A DNA stretch of 64,000 nt. Origin: Octopus sinensis. Lineage: Eukaryota. This document shows, one piece after another, positions 24,757-37,577 of the stretch. Position 1 is the first letter of the stretch. Each line of letters begins with the position of its first letter. The notes below the pieces were generated by a model. That model made no database searches, was not told the DNA's origin, and saw only the letters and a program-made list of their open reading frames with translations. The stretch is taken from positions 20,646,001 to 20,710,000 of the forward strand of contig NC_042998.1 of NCBI RefSeq assembly GCF_006345805.1, read 5' to 3'. Both the position numbers and the translations under genes were made by a program.

Positions 24757-25035
24757 GTACTTGCACAGCGAGTGACTTGATCTGAGAACGTGTGCTGGAA
24801 CGAAAACAATTGCAGCGTGGAAGGTGTTTATAAGCCATTTAAGAAACACAGAAAAACCGTTAGATTCACTTCAACGTTTAAATTTAATCTGTCATGCTGC
24901 ACGAAGTTTTGTCAGTGAACAGGTCGCAGTCTCAAAGCAACAAAAATATTTTGACAAATTAAATTTAAATGTTGAAGTGAATCTAACGGTTTTTGTGTGT
25001 TTCTGAAATGGCTTATAAACACCTTCCACGCTAGA
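24757..25035. mobile_element. Fold-back repeat (~80-bp arms) in the last PIGS intron
   Basis: 24813-24893 is the reverse complement of about 24952-25033; the same family occurs at 42810-42860 and 60360-60975. Confidence 0.8.
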
Positions 25036-25329
25036 AAAGGAAGAATTATGCTTGAAGAGAGGCGACAGAAGTAAAAACAGATGAAAAGATACAGAGAGAG
25101 AACTTTTATAATTTGTGTTTTTGAAGAATTTTCTCCGCAAAAACTGTATTCGACTAAGTCAATGAATATTGATTTCAAATTTCGGCACAAGGCCAGCAAT
25201 TTGGGGGAAGGAGGTAAGCCGATCACATCACCCTCAGCACTTGACCGATATTTATTTTACTGACCCCAGCGAAAGGATGAAAAGGAAGTCAACCTTGGTG
25301 GAATTTGAACTATGAACATGAAGACAGAT

Positions 25330-25770
25330 AAATTACCGCAAAGCATTTTATATTTCTTTATTGCCCACAAGGGGCTAAACATAGAGGGTACAAACAAGGA
25401 CAGACAAAGGGATTAAGTCAATTACTTTGACCCCAGTGCATAAGTGGTACTTTATTTATCGACCCTGAAAGGATGAAAGGCAAAGTCGACCTTGGCGGAA
25501 TTTGAACTCAGAATGTAACGACAGACGAAATACCTATTTTTTTTTACTACCCACAAGGGGCTAAATATAGAGAGGACAAACAAGGACAGACAAAGGGATT
25601 AAGTCGATTACTTTGACCCCAGTGCATAAGTGGTACTTTATTTATTGACCCTGAAAGGATGAAAGGCAAAGTCGACCTCGGCGGAATTTGAACTCAGAAC
25701 GTAATGGCAGACGTAATACGAATAAGCATTTTGCCCGGTGCGCTAACGTTTCTGCCAGCTCACCGCCTTG
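25330..25770 (-). mobile_element. Multimeric family A SINE (head plus additional monomers)
   Basis: Head GGCGGTGAGCTGGCAG at about 25768, followed by two to three core+tail units. Confidence 0.75.
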
Positions 25771-26044
25771 ATTAAGTTAATAAATATTGCTTTACCAAAC
25801 ATGCCCACAAATGACCCAGATCTCTCCAAGAAATTTCAAGTTAATTTGAGACGAAATCATTCTCTCACTTTGACTTAAATAACAACAACAATACAATATA
25901 TACCATTTGACACAGTGGTATAGTGAAATGTATTGTAATGTATTATAGCATAGTGTGGCAACAATGGTTATTGAGCGTGGTGATACATAAAAGATTCAGT
26001 AGGAATTGCTATGATGTAAATTGAAATAGAACAACCAGACTTAC

Positions 26045-26102
26045 TTTTGATCTTCAGGAAAATAGAGTAATTCCAAGAGTGACTGGTCAAAGAAGGCCTT
26101 CT
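26045..26102 (-). CDS. PIGS: PIG-S coding exon
   Basis: TTTCAG/GTAAGT sites, 58 nt, phases 1 to 2; encodes EKAFFDQSLLELLYFPEDQK (human AFFDPSLLHLLYFPDDQK). Confidence 0.96.
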
Positions 26103-26134
26103 CTGAAACAGATTTATTTTATATTACAGTTTAC

Positions 26135-26171
<37 letters not shown>

Positions 26172-27676
26172 GGAGAATTCACAAAAAAAAAAACCCAAAA
26201 GACAAAGACAGGTGGTGTAGACAACAAACAGATGTATTAGTATAATGCTCGGGAACTGAAAAAGACTTTAATGTTTCGAGCCTACGCTCTTCCACAGAAA
26301 GGAACACAGAAAGAAACAAAGAGAGGAAATAAAGAGAGAAAATAAAGAATGTGTAGTGGCTAGCAATCTATCATGGCGAAGGCCAGACAGAAGGGTCACA
26401 CAGGAGAGCTAGGGAGAAAGGGAGATAACAAAGTGGTGGTGATCCCAAAACGAAGGTGTGCGTGCATGTGTATAAGAGAGTTGTATGTGTGTGTGGAAGA
26501 GGGCTGTTGATCTTGACGTGTGCATGTGTGTATGTATGTGTAGATGTGAAAATGTGGGTCTGGGAAGTGGTCAGTGCTAATGTGTGAGTGGTCATGCGTT
26601 GAGATGTCATGTGTCGTGTGGTATGGTGGTGTAAGGTGTAGTGGTGTGTGGTGTGGTGTAATGGTGTTAGGAGGTGGGGGGGCAGGAATGGGAAAAGCAA
26701 TATATACATCATCATCATCATCGTTTAGCATCCGTTTTCCATGCTAGCATGGGTTGGACTATATATATATATATATATATTATACATACACAGAGGATGC
26801 AATCAGGAAAAATAGAACTCAAAATATGAGTATGTGTCATCATCGTTGTCATCGTCATCGTCGTTTAACGTCTGCTTTCCATGCCGGCATGGGTTGGACG
26901 GTTTGACTGAGGACTGGCGAGCCAGAAGGCTGCACCAGGCTCCAATCTAATCTGACTAGGTTTCTACAGCTGGATGTCCTTCCTAATGCCAACCATTCCA
27001 AAAGCATAGTAGGTGCTTTTTACGTGCCACCAGCATGACAAGGACCGAGAGTTCCATGTGTTGGCACTTATAAAACTGGTTTCAGATCACAGGGTTTACC
27101 TCTGTGTGTGTGTGTGTGTTTGTGTGTGTCTAAAACATATATATAAATATATGTTTCAAAAAATATATATATTGGCGGTGCCCTAGCATGGCCACAGCTC
27201 GTGAGCTGAAACTAGATAAAATTTTAAAAAATAAATAAATAAAAAAATATATATAATCTTTTATATTTTTTCACTCGTTTCAGTCACTTGACTGCGACCA
27301 TGCTGGAGCACCGCTTTTAGTCAAACGAATCAACCCCAGGACTTATTCTTTGTAAGCCTAGTACTTATTCTATCGGTCTCTTGTGCTGAACCACTAAGTT
27401 ACAGAGACATAAACATGCCAACATCAGTTGTCATGCGATGGTGGGGGGACAAACACAGACACACAAATATATAGATATATACATATGATGGGCTTCTTAC
27501 AATTTCCACCTACCAAATCCACTCACAGGGCTTTGGTCAGCCTGAGGCTATAGCAAGACACTTGCCCAAAATGCTATGCGGTGGGATTGAACCTGGAATC
27601 ACATGGATGGGAAGGAAGCTTCTTACAACACAGCTACTCCTGTGTCTCAATATATATATTGCGCCTCCATATATAT

Positions 27677-28012
27677 ATCATCATCATCATCATCATCGTT
27701 TAACGTCCGCTTTCCATGCTAGCATGGGTTGGACGGTTCAACTGGGGTCTGGCAAGCCCGAAGGCTGCACCAGGCCAGTCAGATCTGGCAGTGTTTCTAC
27801 AGCTGGATGCCCTTCCTAACGCCAACCACTCCGAGAGTGTAGTGGGTGATTTTATGTGCCACCGACACAGGTGCCAGACGAGGCTGGCAGACGGCCACGC
27901 TCGGATGGTGTTTTCTTATGTGTCACCGACACAGGTGCCAGACGGGGCTGGCGGACGGCCACACTCGGATGGTGTTTGTTATGTGCCCTCAGCACGGAGG
28001 CCAGTCGTTGCG

Positions 28013-28015
<3 letters not shown>
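27677..28015 (-). mobile_element. RTE LINE 3'-end fragment
   Basis: (CAT)n-CGTTTAACGTCCGCTTTCCATGCTAGCATGGG... on the + strand, followed by internal modules. Confidence 0.8.
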
Positions 28016-28048
<33 letters not shown>

Positions 28049-28633
28049 GAATTACAAAGTGAGATAGGGGTTGTGAGTGTAACCCTCTATGGGATAACGT
28101 ATATCCAATATACTGCCAGTAAAGCACCCAGAAATGCTAATACATAAATGCTAAGAATTGCAATGCAATTAATTCATTTATTGTATTATATGGGCAAAGG
28201 TAAAATGTTTTACCACAAATTCATAATACAAAATAAGAAAATGGAGGAATATATTTAAATCAATCATCAACTACTAGATAATACCAATTCATATAATTTA
28301 TTAACTAATTATATAGGAACATCAAGATCAAACATAATAATACAGAATAAAACAGAATAATAGCCTTTTGTAACGTAATACAATAAACTCTGGACTTTGT
28401 ATATGTACACTTTCGTGTGGATATGTGTATGTATGTATATTCTAATATATTGATTTGACTAACTGTAACCTTATGTGTATGTATATTATTATGTATATAC
28501 TTATATATATGTAGGTACATGTGTGTATACACTTATATGTATGTGTATGCATGTATATGTACTTATTCTTGTATATGTGTACCTTCTCTAATATTCATAT
28601 TTTCATTTTATAACTCTGTAACTGAACTTTATA

Positions 28634-28764
28634 ATCTCTGAAGAGGCCTTGGGATATATATATATATATATATATCATTTATAACCACATATTACCTTAA
28701 TACACCTGGCTAATATGAGCATAATGAGATACTCTTATCTACATGGCTGAAACAGCTGTAAGAT
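28634..28764 (+). other. Hammerhead-like motif with an expanded stem II, in a Penelope-like LTR repeat
   Basis: ATCT-CTGAAGA-GGCC...96 nt...GGCT-GAAAC-AGCT-GTA-AGAT: canonical core, stems I to III and a GUA site. Confidence 0.6.
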
Positions 28765-29509
28765 CTATTTTATATTTATATTTATTAATACATATTGTAC
28801 TTATGGTATTATATTACTCATTGATGTGTATCTAGTAGTTGATGATTGATTTAAATATATTCCTCCATTTTCTTATTTTATATATATATATATATAACAG
28901 GTCACATACACAGATGAAAGCCATTCTAAAGTAACTTTCAAATGAACACCACCAGAACGAAAAAAAAAGAGCAGATGACCAAACTGTATATGGCACAGAA
29001 CATTCATAGCTGACATGAGAGATCAATATCACGTGGCAGGATGTTGAGAAAACTGCAGCCCACAGAAACAAGTGGTATCAACTTGCTGCCCACTCTACAA
29101 CACAAGTGATACACACACACACACACACACACATACACACACATGCATGCACACATATGAAATTGAGATGATTCAGAAATCCATTTCGCATTTAAATGAT
29201 GTACAAAAATTACATTTTTTATTTTTTCTAAAATTTTATTTGTATATTGATTTTTTTATTAAATCAATCATCTTCACTATTTTATTGTGTTACGTCTTTT
29301 GGTTTATATATTGTTTTATACATTTTAGAACCATATCAATCAAACAATAAAGAAATGTCCATTGTCCTACAAATGACACATGATGTATAATGGTAATCCG
29401 TTCAATTGTCTAGACATTTATTTAGAAGCTCGACTGACCTCAGTGATTCTAAAGTTCCTTTAGTATTTATGTAAAATGGCTTAATGCCAAAGGAACTTTA
29501 GAATCACCT

Positions 29510-29895
29510 TACATCATCATCATCATCGTTTAACATCCGCTTTCCATGCTAGCATGGGTTGGACGATTTGACTGAGGGCTGGCGAGCCAGATGGCTGTGC
29601 CAAGCTCCAATCTGATCTGGCAGAGTTGCTACAGCTGGATGCCCTTCCTAACGCCAACCACTCCAAGAGTGTAGTGGGTGCTTTTATGTGCCACCGGCAC
29701 GAGGGCCAGTCAGGCAGTACTGGCAACAGCCATGCTCAAATGGTGCGTTTTACGTGCCACCTGCACAGGAGCCAGTCCAGTGGCACTGGCAACGACCTCG
29801 CTTGAATGTTTTTTCAAGTGCCAGTAAGGCGAGGCGATGCTGGTAACGATCAAGCTTGAACGGTGCTTTTTACATGCCACCGGCACAGAAGGCAA
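29510..29895 (-). mobile_element. RTE LINE 3'-end fragment
   Basis: Same (CAT)n-headed consensus plus internal GTGCC/GGCAC modules. Confidence 0.8.
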
Positions 29896-30182
29896 TCTAT
29901 ACATACATATATAAACATATATAGACATAAATAGACATATATATGTGCAAATACACACATGTGTGGTTGTGTGGTAAAAAGCTTCCTTCCCAACTACATG
30001 GTTCCAGGTTCAGTCTCACTGCATGACACCTTGGGCAAATATCTTTTAGTATAGGCCTGAGCCAATTAAAACCTAGAGAGTGGATATGGAAGATGAAAAG
30101 AAGTCTGTTGTGTGTGTATGTTTGTGTATGTGTTTGTCCCCCACCACTGCTTAACAACCAGTGTTGGTGTGTTTATGTCCCT

Positions 30183-30309
30183 GTAAGGAGAGCGCTAGAG
30201 AGTTGCAAGGAGAGTGCTAGAGAGTTATAAGGAGAGTGCTAGAGAGTTATAAGGAGAGTGCTAGAGAGTTATAAGGAGAGTGCTAGAGAGTTGCAAGGAG
30301 AGTGCTAGA
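30183..30309. repeat. 22-bp tandem repeat, ~5.5 copies
   Basis: Unit AAGGAGAGTGCTAGAGAGTTAT, lying between two truncated family B SINEs. Confidence 0.85.
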
Positions 30310-31414
30310 AATAATATATAAGCCCAGTACTTATTCTATTGGTCTCTTTTGCCGAACCACTAAGTGACGGGGACGTAAACACACCAGCATCGGTTGTTAA
30401 ACAATGCTAGGGGGACAAACACAGACACACAAACACACATATATATATACATATATACGACAGGCTTCTTTCAGTTTCCGTCTACCAAATCCACTCACAA
30501 GGCATTGGTCGGCCTGAGGCTATAGCAGAAGACACTTGCCCAAGATGCCACGCAGTGGGACTGAACCCGGAACCATGAGGTTGGTTAGCACACTTACCAC
30601 ACAGCCACTCCTGCGCCTATACTTGAGGATTTACGGTAATTATTTTTCAGAACCTATGCATTCAGGTTGTATGTTTACCTTTTTCATTGTTTCGCTAAAA
30701 ATTTACCAATTGCACATGCACACATGCAGTCTACACTGCATATCATTTCGTGCGTGATTCTATGTGGCAATACACTTCACAAACTGACTTCAAATTTTGG
30801 CACAAGGCCAGCAATTTCAAGAGAAAGGATAAGTCAATTACACCAAAGCCAGTGATCAGCTGGTTCTTATTTTATTGACCCCCAAAACAATGGAAGACAA
30901 AGTGGAGCTCAGCAGAACTTGAACCCAGAAGTTTACTTCCTAACCACATGAATCCAGGTTCAGTCCCATTGTGTGGCACTCTGGGAAAGTGCCTTCTACT
31001 ATAGCCTCAGGCCAACCAAGACCTTGTGAGTAGATTTGGTTGAGGAAAAGAAGACTGCCGTACGTGGGTGTGTGTGCGTCTGTCCCCCACCACAACTTGA
31101 CAACTGTTGTTGGTGTATTTACATCCCCTATAATCTAGCAGTTCAGCAAAAGAGACCAACAAAATAAGCACTAGGCTTAAAATAAAGAATAAGTACTTGA
31201 GTCGATTTATTGAACTAAAATTCGTCATGGGAAAGCCACAGTCAAATCACTGAAACAAATAAAACACAAAACAAGTAAACACACACACACACATGACATG
31301 ACTGTCTATCAGAGTTTTAGAATAAATACACCATAACTTGCATATCATAACAAGCAAACGAAACGTTGGCAACAAGAAAGGGATCGAGCCATAATGTTAT
31401 ATTAGGGAGACAAT

Positions 31415-31915
31415 CAAATTCGATGACTGGCATCCGTGCTAGCGGGGTGCAAAGAGCACCATACGAGTGTGATCGTTGACAGTGTGATCATTACCAGCGT
31501 CGCCTTACTGGCACCTGTGCCCCATGCTAGTAAGGTGCTAAGAGCACCGTCCGAGCTGGATTGTTGCCAGAGCGGCTAACTGGCTTCCATGCCGGTGCCA
31601 CGTAAAAGGCACCATTCAAGCGTGATCGTTACCAGCGTCGCCTTACTGGCACCTGTGCCGGTGGCATGTGTAAAAAGATTCGAGTGAGGTCGTTGCCAGT
31701 ACCGCCTGACTGGCGCCCATGCCGGTGGCACGTAAAAAGCACCCACTACACTCTCAGAGTGGTTGGCGTTAGGAAGAGCATCCAGCTGTAGAAACTCTGC
31801 CAGATCAATATTGGAGCCTGGTGCAGCCATCTGGTTCACCAGTCCTCAGTCAAAATCGTTTAACCCATGCTAGCATGGAAAGCGGATGTTAAACGATGAT
31901 GACTATGATGAAGAA
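31415..31915 (+). mobile_element. RTE LINE 3'-end fragment
   Basis: Internal modules, then AGGAAGAGCATCCAGCTG...AAACGATGATGA. Confidence 0.8.
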
Positions 31916-31985
31916 GAAGAAAGCGAGCCTGGAGCATGTACAGAGACACACACGCACATACTTACACATACTTATATACATACCC

Positions 31986-32287
31986 GTGGAGGCACAATGG
32001 CCCAGTGGTTAGGGCAGCGGACTCACGGTCATAGGATCGCGGTTTCGATTCCTAGACCAGGCATTGTGAGTGTTTATTGAGCGAAAACACCTAAAGCTCT
32101 ACGAGGCTCCAGCAGGGGAAGGGGGGGGCGATCCCTGCTGTACTCTTTCCCCACAACTTTCTCTCACTCTTTCTTCTGTTAGCCTACTATCTTAGCCAGT
32201 GGGGTGGCATTGTTTGAAGGCTAAAACAATGCGAAGCGCATTGTGACCAGCAACGTGTAGTAACATCTGATAGCCTGGTTGGTCACG

Positions 32288-32364
<77 letters not shown>

Positions 32365-32681
32365 TATATATGTGGAGGCACAATGGCCCAGTGGTTAGGG
32401 CAGCGGACTCGCGGTCATAGGATCGCAGTTTCGATTCTCAGACCGGGCGTTGTGAGTGTTTATTGAGCGAAAACACCTAAAAGCCCCACGAGGCTCCGGC
32501 AGGGGATGGTGGTGATCCCTGCTGTACTCTTTCACCACAACTTTCTCTCACTCTTTCTTCTGTTTTCCTGCTCGCCTAGCCAGCGGGCTGACGTTGTTTG
32601 AAGGCTAAAAACAATGCGAAGCGCATAGTGACCAGCGATGTGTAACAACATCTGAAAGTCTGGTCAGTCACAGTGATCACG

Positions 32682-32721
<40 letters not shown>

Positions 32722-33190
32722 TATATATATATATCATCATCATCATCATCATCATTTAGCGTCCGTTTTCCATGCTAGCATGGGTTGGACGGTTCTACTG
32801 GGGTCTGTGAAGCCAGAAGGCTTCATCAGATATATATATATACACACATATATATATATATATATATATATGTAGAGGTGCAATGGCTTAGTGGTTAGGG
32901 CAGTGGACTCGCGGTTGTAGGATCGCGGTTTCGATTCCCAGACGTGGGGTTGTGAGTGTTTATTGAGCAAAAACACCTAAAGCTCCACGAGGCTCCGGCA
33001 GGGGGTAGTGGTGGCCATCCCTGCTGTACTCTTTCACCACAACTTTCTCTCACTCTTTCTTCTGTTTTCCTGCTCGCTTAGCCAGCAGGGTGGCGTCATT
33101 TGAAGGCTAAAACAATGCGAAGCGCATAGTGACCAGCGATGTGTAACAACATCTGATAGCCTGGTTGGTCACGGTGATCACACGGTGATA
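31986..33190 (+). mobile_element. Three copies of tRNA-derived SINE family D separated by (TA)n
   Basis: Copies at about 31986-32291, 32371-32686 and 32871-33190, each with A box TGGC(C/T)(C/T)AGTGG, B box GGTTTCGATTC and a CACGGTGAT end; a fourth copy lies at about 48779-49078. Confidence 0.85.
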
Positions 33191-34577
33191 TACATACCCA
33201 GATCATCCAAGCTGATAGATCTACGTCTGTAGACCAGGAATGAGTGACCAAGGCAGCAACAATACCCCTCTCTCTCACTCAGATAAAGGGCAAGGATTTG
33301 CCATTCCTTACAATCATCATCATCATCATCATCATCGTTTAACGTTCGCTTTCCATGCTAGCATGGGTTGGACGGTTCAACTGGGGTCTGGCAAGCTCGA
33401 AGGCTGCACCAGGCCAGTCAGATCTGGCAGTGTTTCTACAGCTGGATGCCCTTCCTAACACCAACCACTCCGAGAGTGTAGTGGGTGATTTTATGTGCCA
33501 CCGACACTTTTATGTGCCACCATTTCTTATAGACTAATTCCTGCCAAAATAGGCTGATGCTGGATGCCACAGATTCTAGATTTTACTCTGATCAGCGGAG
33601 CTTACCAGACATGAAAGAAAGATCATTGAGAAATGATTCCAAAGATAGATCATGCCAAAATGTCTGAGAATTTTCTGGATTACTTATTAACCTCCTCAGC
33701 TAAACAAATTAACAAAAGTGTAATATTTACATTTATGGCGGATTTCAATTTGGAAATTAAACTAGCAAAAAAAAAAAGAAAAATGGTGAAGATGTCAATA
33801 TTAAAAATAAATAAATAATCATATTTGTTCATCTGGAATTTGAATTATGCAATAAAGCAGAAAATCTGGAAATTGCAACGTCTATTACGAATATGAGGAA
33901 ATTGTATTTTCCATGCCACATACTTATAAACACGTGGGGAGTATGTGTGTGTGTGTGTCTGGTTGTGTATGCGTGTGTGTATGGTTATGTGCGTGTGTGT
34001 GTATGGTTATGTGCGTGTGTGTGTCTGGTTGTGTATGAATGTGTGTATGGTTGTGTGTCTGGTTGTGTTTGCATGTGTGTCTGGTTGTGAATGGTTGTGT
34101 ATGTGTGTGTGTGTCTGGTTGTGTATGCATGTGTATGTGTGTGTATGTGTGTGTATGGTTGTGTATGCATGTGTGTATGGTTGTGTATGTGTGTGTGTAT
34201 GGTTGCGTTTGCATGTGTGTATGGTTGTGAAAGCATGTGTGTAGGCACATACATATATATTGTGAGCAAGTGTGTACATGTGTGTGTGTGCACGTGTATC
34301 TATGTGTGTATGCAGGTGTGTGTGTGTGTGTGTGTGGTGTGTGTGTGTAGTCAGGAGAGTAGAACTATAAGAAAGAAGAGGATGGAAGATGTGGTGGTTA
34401 TCAGTATGCTTTTCCTAAAGACAATAGTAACAAAATCAAGTATGGTTCCAATGGAAGAATTATAACCAATTTCTAAATTTATGTAACTAATATGTTAACA
34501 CTGCATGCAGATAGTCATCACTATATTATAAAGAACAAAATAATTTTTTTTCTTTAATTTTTCAATGTATACAATAC

Positions 34578-34680
34578 CTGAGGATATCACAGCTTTTTTG
34601 GAGGCAAAAAACGCTTTGTCATCTTTGCCTTCCGCTAAGAGTTTTATACTTTCTTCAATAGATGACACTGCCAATTTTAC
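34578..34680 (-). CDS. PIGS: PIG-S coding exon
   Basis: TTACAG/GTATTG sites, 103 nt, phases 0 to 1; encodes VKLAVSSIEESIKLLAEGKDDKAFFASKKAVISS. Confidence 0.93.
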
Positions 34681-34860
34681 CTGTAAAAGAATAGCATACA
34701 TTAAACAGTTATACAGTGATACCGCAAGGTATGAGTTTAATTTGTTCCATGACTGAGTTTGTCTTACGATTTACTCATTGAAATTAACTAAAATATAATT
34801 AATCTGTTAGATTAATCTGAAAGAAGCCCATCGTATATATGTATATATACTGTATATATG

Positions 34861-35200
34861 TAAAATTAGAAAAAAAACACCTTTTATCAATTCAAAATGA
34901 ACAATTAAATTACACCATCTAGAAAATTACATATAATAGAAAAGTTAAATTGCAAAAATAATAAAAACGTATATAATAGGTATTATATTATTACATTATA
35001 TAGCATGGAAAACGGACGCTAAATGATGAAATGAATGAAAAATATTATATACGTTTTTATTATTATTTTTGCAATTTACTTAATCTTTACATTTTATTGT
35101 TATTTTAATTTTAACTTTTCTATTATATGTAATTTTCTAGATGGTGTAATTTAATTATTCATTTTAAATTGAAAAAAGGTGGTTTTTTTCTAATTTTTTA
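34861..35200. repeat. AT-rich fold-back repeat (~120 bp of paired arms)
   Basis: 34861-34947 pairs with about 35108-35200, and 34945-34978 pairs with 35043-35078. Confidence 0.8.
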
Positions 35201-35298
35201 TATATATATATATATTATATTGTGTGAAATTTGATTTAGCATTTCTAAATTGAATTTTTTTCCTTGTAAGTTTGGATTTTATTCCCTCAAATAATAAT

Positions 35299-35350
<52 letters not shown>

Positions 35351-35598
35351 TATATGTGTTTGTGTGTCTGCGTTTGTCCCCCTAACATCGCTTGACAACT
35401 GATGCTGGTATGGTTTACGTCCCCGTAACCTAGCGGTTCGGCAAAAGAAACCGATAGAATAGGCACTGGTCTTTCTAAGGCCATGGTGGTGGACCCTTTC
35501 CCAAAGGACAGAGCAGAACAGAAAATTCTTAATCACACGGCTATACATAAGTTTTAATGTTTTAAAGTAAGCAAAGGAAATGGAACTGAACAACTCAC

Positions 35599-35727
35599 CT
35601 CTTCTCCAATGGCATCCTTAATTACAATATTACTGATCTCACCAAGTAGTTTGGCTAGTGACTGTAGAGTTGATGTAGAACTCACAATATTTTCAACAGC
35701 TCGAGATCGTAACCAACCAGCAAGCTC
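35599..35727 (-). CDS. PIGS: PIG-S coding exon
   Basis: TTATAG/GTGAGT sites, 129 nt, phases 0 to 0; encodes ELAGWLRSRAVENIVSSTSTLQSLAKLLGEISNIVIKDAIGEE. Confidence 0.96.
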
Positions 35728-36185
35728 CTATAAACAAACAACAAAATAAAGACATTTTTATTTGAATAATAATAATAATAATAAGATCTTGAAATAGAAA
35801 TCAGCAAAATGTGGAACCTGATGACTAAAACAATACCTGTTGTCATAGGTGCCCTGGGAATGATAGCAAAAGGGGCTGATCACTACCTAATTCAGATACC
35901 AGGAAACCCCACAATGGCAGAAATTCAAAAGATAGTGCTCATGGGAACTGCTCATATCCTACCCAAAATACTTTCTATGTACTCTCAAGTTTTAAAACAA
36001 ACATAATTTTCGGGTTTTTTTTGGGGGGGGGGGTTAGGCATTCACTAGTACAACACTAAATACAAAACCAAATATATGGCACACTAGGCATAACAACAAT
36101 ACGAACTTCCAACCTGTTGTCTCTTGAGGTCTTTGGGTGAGACTTGGAGCCAACTTGTACAAATATAAAGCAAAAGTCAAACATA

Positions 36186-36233
<48 letters not shown>

Positions 36234-36239
36234 CCACCA

Positions 36240-36515
36240 CCACCTGGTAAGCTGGAAACGATGTGCCAGACTCCAGTCTGATTTGGTATGGTTTTCTATG
36301 GTTGGATGCCCTTCCTAATGCCAACCATTCCAAGAGTGTAATGGATGACTTTTACATGCCACTGGCACAGGTGCCATTTGCATGACATCGGTATCTGCCG
36401 TTACTACAATTTTGCTCAGCTTGATGTGTCTTCTTAAGCACATAATGCCAAAGGTCTCAGTCATTGCCTCCATGAGGCCCAACACTCAAAAAGAAATCAG
36501 CCACTTTGCTTCCAT
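36240..36515 (-). mobile_element. Old RTE LINE 3' fragment including the ORF2 C-terminus
   Basis: AAAGGTCTCAGTCATTGCCTCCATGAGGCCCAAC is homologous to about 55775-55820 of the RTE ORF2. Confidence 0.65.
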
Positions 36516-37536
36516 ACAAAACCATATCTATTCGAATTAACTTCTCTCTTCTCACTCCCTCCTTATCCATCTGCTCATATAGAGGGGCGGACCAAAAGTC
36601 ATTAAGAGGTCTGAAATTTTAATAAATCTGTTTTAATTACATTGACTTTTGTTGTTTTTGATTTTTTTTTCCTTTGAAATTTACAAGGTGATTTTTCACA
36701 CCTAAAGTACATGTATTCTCTCTCTCTCTCTCTATCTATCTATCTCTCTCTCTCTTTCTCTCTCATCAAAATGCAGAGTAGATGAAACAGGGGCAACTGA
36801 TGAAGGGGAATATTCTTTATGTTGCATGTCTCGTTTCTCTGTTTGTTTGTTTTTTTTGTTAAAAAAAAGTGTTCTATGTTGTTTTTATGTTTTCATTTCT
36901 CATTGTATTCAACGTTTTTTTGATGTCCTGTGCCCATATATGCATGTGTATATATTATTTATAATGTGTGTGTGTGTGTGTGTGTGTATGTGTGTGTATG
37001 TGTGTGTGTGTGTGTGTATGTATGTGTGTATGTATGTATGTATGTATGTATGTATGTATGTATGTATGTATGTATAGACCCCAAACTGGATGTCACTGCA
37101 CTATTCCAAAGGTCCCAGCTAACCCTGTCTAGAGTGATGACTATGTGCTGAAATAGCTAAGGATTCAAGGGTCCACAGCTATTTAATACTTTGCTAAAAT
37201 ATCTGAGAGATCTACATGGAGTGGAGGTAGATGTTTTCAAGAAATAACTTGACCTCATGCTGCCCAAGGCCCCAGATGAACCTATATCACAGCAGAAGAT
37301 CAAAAGGGGGCAGCAATTTCAAACGCCCTCCTTCACCAAAAGCCAATCACATAAGAATGACCACATCATGTGCCCCAGCCTTTGGGCTGAAACACATAAA
37401 AGAATATATATATCATTGCCTTGATATCAAAATGGGCTAACTGGACATTGTATGCATGCATGCATGCATGTATGTATGAATGCATGCATGTATTTATATA
37501 TATATATATGTGTGTGTGTGTATGTATGCATGTATA

Positions 37537-37577
<41 letters not shown>

